Origin: an uncultured Nitrospiraceae bacterium
GTDB taxonomy: Bacteria > Nitrospirota > Thermodesulfovibrionia > Thermodesulfovibrionales > Dissulfurispiraceae
Assembly (NCBI GenBank): GCA_963727805.1
Contig: CAVSHF010000003.1
Coordinates: 416,001-480,000, forward strand
DNA length: 64,000 bases
Reading direction: 5' to 3'
Below the pieces are notes generated by a model. The model was not told where the DNA came from. It was given only the letters and a program-made list of their open reading frames with translations, and did no database searches. Position 1 is the first letter of the stretch, and every line of letters begins with the position of its first letter. The translations under genes were made by a program, and so were the position numbers. This document shows, piece by piece, positions 52,376 to 61,079 of this stretch.

Positions 52376-53026
52376 CTACATGCTGTTTAAAACCTTTTCT
52401 TTCAAATCCTGAAACGAACGACGCCAGGATTCAGAGAGGGCCGTGACCGCGAGGACTTTTTCAATGGCCTCGATATCCCTCGTATCATGATAATAAACGC
52501 AGTTGGTAAATGAGATGGTAATTCCGCGAGTATCCCTCTCCTTAAGGTCCAGCGCATTTCCTGTCTTGATAACTCCCTCTTCCAAAACTCTGAAATAAAA
52601 GCCGGTACGTCCAGAATTTACGACAAGTTTTGCCATGTCGCTTCTCCCATACCGTGCGGCAAGAGTAGAGCATGGCTGCCGGGGTTGGCTTACCTGCACT
52701 ACGGCTGTCCCAAGTTGAAAGATGTCGCCAATGCATATGACATCTTCGTGCAATGCTGAAATCGAGAGGTTCTCTCCAAATGGAGAAGGAGGCAATGAAA
52801 TACCAAGAATTTTCTCCCAATAAGGGAAGTGGTCGATACTATAGACGCACAAGGCTTTATCATATCCACCGTGGTGCGTGAGGTCGCCGACGCCGTCGCC
52901 TTCAAGCCCAAGTTTTGAGAGAAAAAGAGGGTCGGACGTCGGAAGTTTACAGATGCCTGTTATAATCTCCTTGCCGAAGAATTTCTCTTTAATGGGAAGG
53001 CCAATGTTCAGTGCTTTAACAAACAT
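52376..53026 (-). CDS. MOSC domain protein (YiiM-like)
   Basis: HHGGYDKA, FGENL, VSQPRQPC, GRTGFYFRVLEEG. Confidence 0.93.
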   Translation of the reverse strand: MFVKALNIGLPIKEKFFGKEIITGICKLPTSDPLFLSKLGLEGDGVGDLTHHGGYDKALCVYSIDHFPYWEKILGISLPPSPFGENLSISALHEDVICIGDIFQLGTAVVQVSQPRQPCSTLAARYGRSDMAKLVVNSGRTGFYFRVLEEGVIKTGNALDLKERDTRGITISFTNCVYYHDTRDIEAIEKVLAVTALSESWRRSFQDLKEKVLNSM

Positions 53027-53147
53027 AATACATACTATATTCTATTGAGCATGTTACAGCAAGAGCAAAATAGCCATCATCTGGAGAATGAGAACTTAAA
53101 TTTTCTAATATTATTACATTTGGGTGGACTATAGTAGAATATATACT

Positions 53148-54146
53148 ATGGAATTAGACCTCGAAACGCTTTTAACAGAATCTGTGAGAATCCATGGCCA
53201 TCTCTGTCCCGGACAGGTACTTGGCGTCAGGATGTCCGTGCTTGGCCTTAAAAAGAGTGGCATCGGTGACCCCAAGGGCAAAGACCGGAAGGGCCTGATT
53301 GTCTTTGTGGAAATGGATCGCTGCGCAACTGACGCCATTCAGTCCGTCACGGGATGCAGCCTCGGACATCGCACGATGAAGTTTTTGGATTACGGAAAGA
53401 TGGCTGCAACATTTATCAACCTCAAGAGTGGTAAAGCCATAAGGATAGTCGCCAGAGAAGAAGCACGAGACAGGGCCAAGGAATGTTTCCCTGGTCATGA
53501 GAATAAATATGCAGCGCAACTCGAGGCATATAAAGTGATGTCCAATGAAGCTCTCTTTGATTGGCAAGAAGTGGAGGTTACGTTAGATCCTTATGACATG
53601 CCCGGAAGACCGTTGAACAGAGTGAGGTGCGAACAGTGCGGAGAATTCGTCCAGGATATGAGAGAAGTTCACCTGAACGATAAGGTATTATGCAAGCCCT
53701 GTGTAGTTGGCAGATATTATAAGAGAATCGACGATAATGAAAAGGAATCTTTTTTATTGCCGTGCGCTATGCATAAAAGTCATAACGAACCGAAAAGATA
53801 TTGCGGAATGAAGATTAAGTCAAAGATCTGGATAGACATTGAAGGAGAGCCTGTATTCGGCAAGGGTCGCCGTCATCTCCTCGAAGCAATCGACAAGTAT
53901 GGATCGATCAACCAAGCTGCGCGAATGGTAAATATTTCCTACAAAAAGGCGTGGAGTTATATTAAGGCTATGGAAGAGCGTCTTGGAATAAGTCTCGTTG
54001 AATGCCGGACCGGGGGAAAGAGCGGAGGCGGCGCGAGCCTTACCGATGAAGCTCGGGAGTTCCTGAAAAGATACGGGACGCTCGAGAAAGGCATAAACGA
54101 GTTTGTGGATGAGCGTTTTAAGAAGACTTTTAACTGCGGTTCATAA
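53148..54146 (+). CDS. FmdE-family + Zn-finger + ModE-like winged-helix fusion protein
   Basis: HGHLCPG, DRCATDA, CEQCGE..CKPC, then FGKGRRHLLEAIDKYGSINQAA..SYKKAW..GGKSGGGASLT. Confidence 0.85.
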   Translation: MELDLETLLTESVRIHGHLCPGQVLGVRMSVLGLKKSGIGDPKGKDRKGLIVFVEMDRCATDAIQSVTGCSLGHRTMKFLDYGKMAATFINLKSGKAIRIVAREEARDRAKECFPGHENKYAAQLEAYKVMSNEALFDWQEVEVTLDPYDMPGRPLNRVRCEQCGEFVQDMREVHLNDKVLCKPCVVGRYYKRIDDNEKESFLLPCAMHKSHNEPKRYCGMKIKSKIWIDIEGEPVFGKGRRHLLEAIDKYGSINQAARMVNISYKKAWSYIKAMEERLGISLVECRTGGKSGGGASLTDEAREFLKRYGTLEKGINEFVDERFKKTFNCGS

Positions 54147-54157
54147 GGAGGAAAATT

Positions 54158-55297
54158 ATGTGCGAATCTCATAGCAATGTGCCGAAACAGAAATGCGGTA
54201 TCAAGACTATCCCTGTAACTGATGCAGTTGGTATGGCACTTGCCCATGACGTTACCGAGATCCGCAGCGGAGAATTCAAGGGGAGAGCCTATAGAAAGGG
54301 ACATATCGTCAAGAGTGAAGATATATGCCATTTGCAGAGGCTCGGGAAAGAGAACCTCTTTGTACTTAGTATCGGCGACGACGAGATGCATGAGGATGAG
54401 GCCGCTCGGACGATTGCAGAGGCTCTGATGGGGGATGGAGTCATGATACAAGGAGAGCCGAAGGAAGGAAAAATCAATATCGTTGCAAACCGGGATGGCC
54501 TTCTTAAAGTCGACAGGGAAGCGCTGCTACGTTTTAACTTGATGGGCGATGTCATGTGTGCCACTCTGCATGATAATCTGCCGGTAAAAAAAGGACAGAT
54601 CGTTGCCGGAACCCGTGCCGTTCCTCTGGTGATTAAACGTGATGTTGTGGAAAAGGCTGTTTTAGCTGCACATAACACGATTGAGGTCAGGGAAATGCGG
54701 AGGCCAAGGGTTGGAGTGGTCATTACTGGTAACGAGGTTTACTACGGTAGGATCAAGGACGGATTCGCTCCCATTATCGAAAAGAAGATCAAAGACTTAA
54801 ACGGACAGATCATAGGTATCTACTATGCTCCGGATGATGAGAAGATGATCGAGGATAGACTGACCGAACTTATTGACGCAGGCGCTGATCTTCTCATAAC
54901 GACAGGTGGAATGTCTGTCGATCCTGATGACGTTACGAGATTCGCCATAACTAAATTAGGTGTCGCTGATATGACTTACGGTTCCGCTGTGCTGCCGGGA
55001 GCAATGTTTCTTGTGGCCTATCTGGAACGGAAGCCGGAAGGCAGAAGCTCGGCGACGGAAGAAAAAGAAAATAGAAAGAATGCCCGACAAAGAAGGTATT
55101 GTCCGAAACATATTCCTATCCTCGGCATCCCTGCGTGTGGGATGTACCATAAGACGACAGTATTGGACCTCATCCTTCCAAGGATCCTTGCCGGTGAAAA
55201 GATTGGCAGGAGAGAGCTGTCTGATCTCGGCCACGGTGGGCTTTGCATGAACTGCAGTGAATGCCGGTATCCTGCGTGCTCGTTTGGCAAGGGATAG
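54158..55297 (+). CDS. Molybdopterin-binding (MoeA/MoaB-like) protein with C-terminal Cys cluster
   Basis: HDVTEI, TGNEVY.G.IKDGF, TGGMSVDPDD, LPGAMF, GGLCMNCSECRYPAC. Confidence 0.9.
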   Translation: MCESHSNVPKQKCGIKTIPVTDAVGMALAHDVTEIRSGEFKGRAYRKGHIVKSEDICHLQRLGKENLFVLSIGDDEMHEDEAARTIAEALMGDGVMIQGEPKEGKINIVANRDGLLKVDREALLRFNLMGDVMCATLHDNLPVKKGQIVAGTRAVPLVIKRDVVEKAVLAAHNTIEVREMRRPRVGVVITGNEVYYGRIKDGFAPIIEKKIKDLNGQIIGIYYAPDDEKMIEDRLTELIDAGADLLITTGGMSVDPDDVTRFAITKLGVADMTYGSAVLPGAMFLVAYLERKPEGRSSATEEKENRKNARQRRYCPKHIPILGIPACGMYHKTTVLDLILPRILAGEKIGRRELSDLGHGGLCMNCSECRYPACSFGKG

Positions 55298-55299
55298 AT

Positions 55300-55328
55300 T
55301 TGACAGGAGAGGTCTTTTTTGTTATTCT
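55300..55328 (+). promoter_or_regulatory. Putative sigma70 promoter with a very short or absent leader
   Basis: TTGACA-17 nt-TATTCT with TGn; ATG 9 nt downstream; no SD. Confidence 0.6.
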
Positions 55329-55337
55329 CATTCAATT

Positions 55338-56123
55338 ATGAAGAAATGCTTTTGCCTCTTCGTACCCTTGCTGCTATCCATTTTTCTCAGTCCTGCAGAA
55401 GCATTTGACATTAAGGGATTACAGCCCGTTCCTCCCTATGGGGTTTTTTCGACGTTCAGTGCTGAATCATTAAAGCAGAACCAGGTTGGAGTGAGCCTTG
55501 AACTGGAACGATCGGTGCACCCTGATTTCTACCGAACCACGCTGAAAGGATCATACGGCCTGCACGATTCCTTCGAGGTCCTATTTTCGGTGCCTTATGT
55601 GAGCATTAATAGGGACGGTAGCGATGGGTTAGAGGATGTTAGTTTCGGAGTTAAGCACAGACTGCTTGACGAAGCCGATTATTGGCCTGCCATCGCTTAT
55701 CTCTTGACCGTTTCCGCTCCTATGGAAAATGAAAGCATTTCGACGAACGGTAGAGTGGGTGGCGGCCTGATCTTCACTAAAAAAATCGGTCCCTTAAAGG
55801 GGCATCTGAATTTGTTGTATTTAAAGCCGGAGAGAAATGATCTAAATGACGAATATGATGTTAACATCGGCACGGAGTTGGCCGTTACTCACAACATGAC
55901 ACTCCTCGCTGAAATTGTAGGGAGAAAGGATTTTTATAAGGATAAGCTGGATTTTCTCGAATGGAAGCTTGGATACCGTATCGCAAACAGCGACAATATT
56001 TTCACCACGATAGGGGCCGGTTTTAATATAAAAGACAGGACCCCCGAATTACGGCTGCTTTTTTCCGTGAGTGCCCTCCTCCCTTTCAAGAAAACCAAGA
56101 CTCAAAAGGTCTATGAAGAGTAG
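55338..56123 (+). CDS. Probable outer-membrane beta-barrel (transporter-family-like) protein
   Basis: Signal peptide ending AEA; amphipathic beta strands; DGLEDVSFGVKHR. Confidence 0.7.
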   Translation: MKKCFCLFVPLLLSIFLSPAEAFDIKGLQPVPPYGVFSTFSAESLKQNQVGVSLELERSVHPDFYRTTLKGSYGLHDSFEVLFSVPYVSINRDGSDGLEDVSFGVKHRLLDEADYWPAIAYLLTVSAPMENESISTNGRVGGGLIFTKKIGPLKGHLNLLYLKPERNDLNDEYDVNIGTELAVTHNMTLLAEIVGRKDFYKDKLDFLEWKLGYRIANSDNIFTTIGAGFNIKDRTPELRLLFSVSALLPFKKTKTQKVYEE

Positions 56124-56144
56124 TTTGTGATATAATATAGATCT

Positions 56145-56555
56145 ATGTTTGATCTTGGTATTTCGGAACTCGTTGTAATTTTTGTTGTAGCTCTCCTAGT
56201 TTTCGGACCTGAAAAGTTACCGGAAATTGCGCGATCGATGGGAAAGGGCTTAGGGGAACTTAAAAAGGCGCTAGATGGAGTCAAGACGCAGATAAACTCA
56301 GAATTGCACGAGGTAAGGGATATCAAGGAGTTGAAGGACCTTGACCCGATCGCTCTCAAGAATGAATTATTCAAAAACGAAGAACTCTTCAAGATTGAAG
56401 AAGAGACAGCGCCTCCTCCGCCGCAGAAAGCTGAAGAGATAAAAGAAGTGCCCCCTGAACCCGTTCAGGTTAAAGACGATGAGAAGAGCGGACATCCCCC
56501 GAATCAGTCAAATGATCAACTCAACGTTCGGCAGGAACGTAAGGGGACAGAGTAA
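56145..56555 (+). CDS. tatB: Twin-arginine translocase TatB (TatA/B family)
   Basis: MFDLGISELVVIFVVALLVFGPEKLPE; upstream of tatC. Confidence 0.88.
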   Translation: MFDLGISELVVIFVVALLVFGPEKLPEIARSMGKGLGELKKALDGVKTQINSELHEVRDIKELKDLDPIALKNELFKNEELFKIEEETAPPPPQKAEEIKEVPPEPVQVKDDEKSGHPPNQSNDQLNVRQERKGTE

Positions 56556-57344
56556 ATGGCAGATGGGAAAATGCCCCTCGTTGCCCACCTGCAAGACCTC
56601 AGAAAGAGGATAATCATATCCTTAATCGCCCTCTTGGCGGCCTTTGTTGTTGCATTCAATTATTCGGAAGAAATCTTCGGTATCCTTATGTTCCCACTCA
56701 GGTATTCCCTCGATTTCTCGGTTACCGGGATGTACGCCCAATTTGTCCCGACAGATAAACTCCATTCTACGAAACTCGTGTTTCTGGAACCTGCCGAGGC
56801 GTTCTGGATGAACATGAAGGTTGCTCTTGTAGCGGCCCTAGTTTTCTCGTTGCCGATTATTTTTCTCCAGCTATGGAAGTTCGTATCTCCGGGACTCCAG
56901 CAGAACGAAAAGAAATATGTGTTTCCTTTCGTCATTTCAGCTACCAGTCTTTTTATTGTTGGAGGTTCATTCTGTTTCGTCATTGTTCTGCCGTTTGCTC
57001 TGAGCTTTCTGCTTTCCTACAAGGTTGGGGATTTCCTCATGCCGATGCTTTCTGTCGGCAAGTATGTCGATTTTTGCCTGAAATTCATCCTTGCTTTCGG
57101 TGCGATTTTTGAACTTCCGATTATCCTGATTTTCCTTACGAGAATTGGGCTGGTAACTACGGAAACCCTTAAACGTAACAGAAAAATGGCTATTGTCCTG
57201 GCTTTTGTTGCCGGAGCTATACTAACGCCGACGCCAGATGCCTTCAATCAGACCCTCATGGCAATCCCGATCATACTGCTTTATGAACTCGGCATAATGC
57301 TCTCGGTTTTTTTTGCAAAGAGAAAAGCGCATGGCCCAGGGTAG
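56556..57344 (+). CDS. tatC: Twin-arginine translocase TatC
   Basis: HLQDLRKR, WKFVSPGL, FELP, LTPTPD, LYE. Confidence 0.97.
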   Translation: MADGKMPLVAHLQDLRKRIIISLIALLAAFVVAFNYSEEIFGILMFPLRYSLDFSVTGMYAQFVPTDKLHSTKLVFLEPAEAFWMNMKVALVAALVFSLPIIFLQLWKFVSPGLQQNEKKYVFPFVISATSLFIVGGSFCFVIVLPFALSFLLSYKVGDFLMPMLSVGKYVDFCLKFILAFGAIFELPIILIFLTRIGLVTTETLKRNRKMAIVLAFVAGAILTPTPDAFNQTLMAIPIILLYELGIMLSVFFAKRKAHGPG

Positions 57345-57603
57345 AAATTTTAAAGCTATAGCATCTGATATTACTGAGGGGTTTGTTACGATCAACCCCA
57401 TTTACCTCAAGCCCTTTGACGCGGAGTCTCTCAAGATGCTATACGAGACAATACAGCGGAAGCAGAATGAGATGAGGGCTGAACCCTTTCCTTACGGAAA
57501 TGTCGAGTTGATAAGAAAGAGGAACCTCAGACTGCAGAGGGTCTACAATGCCCAGATGCTAATTAAAAATTATGCCCGTGAGCGGCGCATCAAGATAGTT
57601 TAG
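57331..57603 (+). CDS. Hypothetical protein (about 90 aa)
   Basis: Fills the gap between tatC and ychF, overlapping the tatC end; no motif recognised. Confidence 0.65.
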   Translation: MAQGRNFKAIASDITEGFVTINPIYLKPFDAESLKMLYETIQRKQNEMRAEPFPYGNVELIRKRNLRLQRVYNAQMLIKNYARERRIKIV

Positions 57604-57611
57604 GAGAAAAT

Positions 57612-58709
57612 GTGAAGTTAGCTATAATAGGATTGTCGAATTCAGGAAAAACAACCGTTTTTAATGCCCTGACGGGCCAGAATATCGAAACAACGCTTTA
57701 TGCCACTGTGGCGGGAGAACCCCATTTTGGCGTTGTCAAGGTGCCTGACCAGAGAATTCAAAAACTCGCCGAAATATACAAGCCTAAGAAGGTCACCCCG
57801 GCCACAGTAGAATATGTCGATTATATCGGCCTTACCAAGGGTGATATGGTCCAGAACGGCAAGGTTTTTGATCTCATCAGGGATGCAGATGCTGTCGTCC
57901 ATGTTGTGAGGGCGTTTGCCGATCAGGTAGTTTCCCATCCGTTGAGCAGCATCGATCCTTTGCGAGATATTGAAACGGTCGAACTTGAATTCATCTTTGG
58001 AGACCTTGAGTTCGTCGATAAGCGACTTGCCAGGATGGAAGAGGGTGCTAAAAAAGGTAAGAAACCTAACGAGTCAGAAAAAAAACTCATGCTTAAATGC
58101 AAGGCGGCACTCGAAAAGGAAATACCCCTAAGGAATATTGACTTTGACGATGAGGAGCAGAAGGCCATGAAGCCCCTTCAATTCGCATCGACAAAACCTG
58201 AGATTATCGTTTTAAATGTGGGTGAAGAAGATCTTGCGTCTTCCAGGGCGAAAGAGGTTCTGGCGAACGCAGACGAGTTCATCAGGAATAAAGGTCTTTC
58301 GATGACAACCAGGGTTGTGACACTCTGTGGAAAGATCGAGATGGAGATAGCTCAGCTCACTTTGGATGAGGCAAGGGCATTTCTCGAGGACCTTGGGATT
58401 GAAGAGCCTGCCCTCTATAAACTGATAAGGGAGTCGTACACCCTTCTGGGGTTGATTTCTTTTCTTACCGCAGGCGAGGACGAAGTGAGAGCCTGGACCA
58501 TCACAAAAGGCATGCATGCTCAAAAGGCTGCGGGCAAGATCCACTCGGATATCGAGAGAGGCTTCATACGTGCCGAACTGGTAAGCTATGACGACTTTAT
58601 GGCCGACGGTAGTATGAGTGCAGCTCGTGATAAAGGTCATCTAAGACTTGAAGGCAAGACCTACGAAGTCAAGGATGGCGATATAATAAACTTCAGGTTT
58701 AACGTGTAA
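57612..58709 (+). CDS. ychF: Redox-regulated ATPase YchF
   Basis: GLSNSGKTT, FLTAGEDEVRAWT, AAGKIHSDIERGFIRAE, FRFNV. Confidence 0.95.
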   Translation: MKLAIIGLSNSGKTTVFNALTGQNIETTLYATVAGEPHFGVVKVPDQRIQKLAEIYKPKKVTPATVEYVDYIGLTKGDMVQNGKVFDLIRDADAVVHVVRAFADQVVSHPLSSIDPLRDIETVELEFIFGDLEFVDKRLARMEEGAKKGKKPNESEKKLMLKCKAALEKEIPLRNIDFDDEEQKAMKPLQFASTKPEIIVLNVGEEDLASSRAKEVLANADEFIRNKGLSMTTRVVTLCGKIEMEIAQLTLDEARAFLEDLGIEEPALYKLIRESYTLLGLISFLTAGEDEVRAWTITKGMHAQKAAGKIHSDIERGFIRAELVSYDDFMADGSMSAARDKGHLRLEGKTYEVKDGDIINFRFNV

Positions 58710-59544
58710 GGACCAGCGAAACCCAGCGTATATCGTCATAATATCTTTCTCTGAACGTTAACCCTTCTTTTTCCATTGCGGCGATCACTTCATCCTCCTG
58801 GCCGATAATCATGCCTGAGAGAAGAACAATACCCTTGTTTTTCAGTCGTGATGAAATTTCAGGAGCAATGGCGATAAGGATCTCCGACATCAGGTTCGCT
58901 GCTATCATATCGTAGGTCCCTTTTGCAACAGATATCGTGCCTTCAAGAATCGTCATGTTTGTCAACACGTTAAGGTTGACATTGCGTTTCGCTGCATCGA
59001 TGGCAAGGGGATCGATATCGACGCCAACGACTTCCCTGAACCCGAGCTTTGCTGCTCCAATTGCAAGAATGCCCGTGCCTGTGCCCACATCCAGAAAATG
59101 CTCTTTAAGACCTTCCCTAGCAAGTCGTTCGATGAGTTCAAGACATGTTTTTGTGGTGATATGATGGCCTGTGCCGAAGGCCATGCCTGGATCAATGAGC
59201 AGATTAACGCGGCCAAATCTTGATATCTCCCACGGTGGGATTATGGAAAGAGTTTCGCCGACGTCGATTGGCTGAAACTTTTTTTTCCACGATTCATTCC
59301 AATCACGTTCTGAAAGGTAGACATAGCCGAACGAAAAATCATGCATAAGACCCGAATCTTTCAGAATTGTCTTGAAGGAGGCGAAATCATCGATCAGCTT
59401 CTTTATGCCCCGATGATCAGGGAAATATATCAAGAGATAATTTTGGGTTTCCACAACTCCCAGACTGCCCGATTCATAGGCCATATTGATGATTGCATCT
59501 CTCGATTCATCCGGGATTTCGATGTTGAATTCGTAATACCCCAT
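58699..59544 (-). CDS. prmA: Ribosomal protein L11 methyltransferase
   Basis: DWNESWK, IDPGMAFGTGHH, LDVGTGTGILAI, LSGMI. Confidence 0.93.
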   Translation of the reverse strand: MGYYEFNIEIPDESRDAIINMAYESGSLGVVETQNYLLIYFPDHRGIKKLIDDFASFKTILKDSGLMHDFSFGYVYLSERDWNESWKKKFQPIDVGETLSIIPPWEISRFGRVNLLIDPGMAFGTGHHITTKTCLELIERLAREGLKEHFLDVGTGTGILAIGAAKLGFREVVGVDIDPLAIDAAKRNVNLNVLTNMTILEGTISVAKGTYDMIAANLMSEILIAIAPEISSRLKNKGIVLLSGMIIGQEDEVIAAMEKEGLTFRERYYDDIRWVSLVLTR

Positions 59545-59605
59545 TTTCTCCCTCTGTAGTAAACTAATATTGTGTAATATAACTTTTGGAAGATGACGCT
59601 GACAA

Positions 59606-60928
59606 ATGAAGCTTAGGATACTCCTCGTCAATCCATGGATCTACGACTTCGCCGCTTACAATTTATGGGCGCAGCCGCTCGGACTTTTCAAAGTCGCTGA
59701 ATTCCTCAGCGCCTTCGATGTAGAACTCTCGTTCATCGACTGCACCGACTCTTTTGGGTCGCGGCATTACAGCACGGGAAGTTATCGGAGTGAAATAGTC
59801 CCGAAACCATCGGTACTAGTGGAAGTACCGAGATACTATAAAAGATACGGCATAAGTATTGATGATTTTGCGGCCCGCCTTAAGTCTAAGGGGCATTGCG
59901 ATATGGTGCTCATGACTTCGACTATGAGCTACTGGTATCCAGGAGTTCAAAAGGCGATTGAGATTATTAGAGAGGAACAAGGTTTATTACCTATAATACT
60001 GGGTGGCATTTATGCCACGCTCTACCATGAACATGCATCAGCACTATCAGGAGCTGATTTTGTTTTCAAGGGACCTTTGCATAATGGCCTGCTCTTTGCG
60101 CTTTCGACTTTCGGGTTCAAACTTAAGAAGAAAAGAGAGCAGATTCCCTACTATCGCCTCGGCCTTCATGACCGTTTCGAATATGCTCCACTGATGACTT
60201 CGGCGGGGTGTCCTTTCAGGTGCTCTTACTGCGCCTCCTCTCTTCTTGCGGATAAATATGAACGATATCCAAATGCTGTTGTTGTGCGGGATATCGTAGA
60301 ACTGTCGAACATGGGTGTCCGTGATTTCGCTTTTTATGATGATGCTCTGCTTATTGATCCGGACCTAAATATCAAGCCTTTGCTCAGGCATATTATCGCA
60401 TTGGGACGTCCAATCCGCTTGCATACACCCAATGGTATGCATGCGAAGTATATCGATGCCGAACTTGCACCCTTGATGAAAAAGGCCGGTTTCCGGACAA
60501 TACGGTTGGGCCTGGAGACTGTCAACGCAGACCTCCAGCGTGTCTCGGGCGCTAAGGTGTGCAATGACGATTTGGAAAAAGCGATAACTCTGCTCAGGGA
60601 AGCAGAATTCACTAAGAGAGAGATTGGTGTCTATATTATGTATGGACTCCCTGGGCAGAGACTTTCCGATGTGAAGGAAAGCATCACTTTTTTAAAAAGA
60701 CTCGGTGTCCGTATCAATCTCAATGAATTCACGCCGATCAAGGGAACTCAAAGCTGGAATGAGTTGATAACTCATAGAATAATAACGGATGATCTCGATC
60801 CACTCCTCTCCAATAACACGATTTTTCCGCAGCTTTATTCCGGGTATGATCGGGATGTCATCGATGCTATGAAGCTCGATGTGAAAGATTACAATGCAAA
60901 GGAGGACGGGAATATTTTCATTGACTAA
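59606..60928 (+). CDS. Cobalamin-binding-domain radical SAM protein
   Basis: GGIYAT, CPFRCSYC (CxxxCxxC), FYDD, GLET, YGLPGQ. Confidence 0.88.
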   Translation: MKLRILLVNPWIYDFAAYNLWAQPLGLFKVAEFLSAFDVELSFIDCTDSFGSRHYSTGSYRSEIVPKPSVLVEVPRYYKRYGISIDDFAARLKSKGHCDMVLMTSTMSYWYPGVQKAIEIIREEQGLLPIILGGIYATLYHEHASALSGADFVFKGPLHNGLLFALSTFGFKLKKKREQIPYYRLGLHDRFEYAPLMTSAGCPFRCSYCASSLLADKYERYPNAVVVRDIVELSNMGVRDFAFYDDALLIDPDLNIKPLLRHIIALGRPIRLHTPNGMHAKYIDAELAPLMKKAGFRTIRLGLETVNADLQRVSGAKVCNDDLEKAITLLREAEFTKREIGVYIMYGLPGQRLSDVKESITFLKRLGVRINLNEFTPIKGTQSWNELITHRIITDDLDPLLSNNTIFPQLYSGYDRDVIDAMKLDVKDYNAKEDGNIFID

Positions 60929-60949
60929 AAAGTGCAGTTCTGCTAATTT
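60921..60949 (+). promoter_or_regulatory. Putative sigma70 promoter of the fluoride operon
   Basis: TTGACT-17 nt-TAATTT with TGn. Confidence 0.5.
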
Positions 60950-60965
60950 AAGAATAACTTTCGAC

Positions 60966-61016
60966 GGGCGATGGAGTTCGCCTTTAACCGTCCTCTGAGG
61001 ACTGATAACTCCTACT
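60966..61016 (+). ncRNA. Fluoride riboswitch (crcB motif)
   Basis: GGCGATGGAGTTCGCC..TAACCG..CTGATAACTCCTAC; crcB lies downstream. Confidence 0.93.
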
Positions 61017-61043
61017 CTCATCTTGAAGGGTAGGAGTTTTTTT
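61007..61043 (+). terminator. Expression-platform terminator of the fluoride riboswitch
   Basis: AACTCCTACTCT..AGGGTAGGAGTT plus a T-run, overlapping the aptamer 3' end. Confidence 0.85.
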
Positions 61044-61079
61044 CTGCCCACTACTGAGACGACATGAGGAGGCTGCATC

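Noticed and set aside
52199..52390. 63-aa ORF as an intact ferredoxin
   Set aside because: It starts mid-domain and has only one intact cluster motif; better explained as part of the hgcB-like pseudogene
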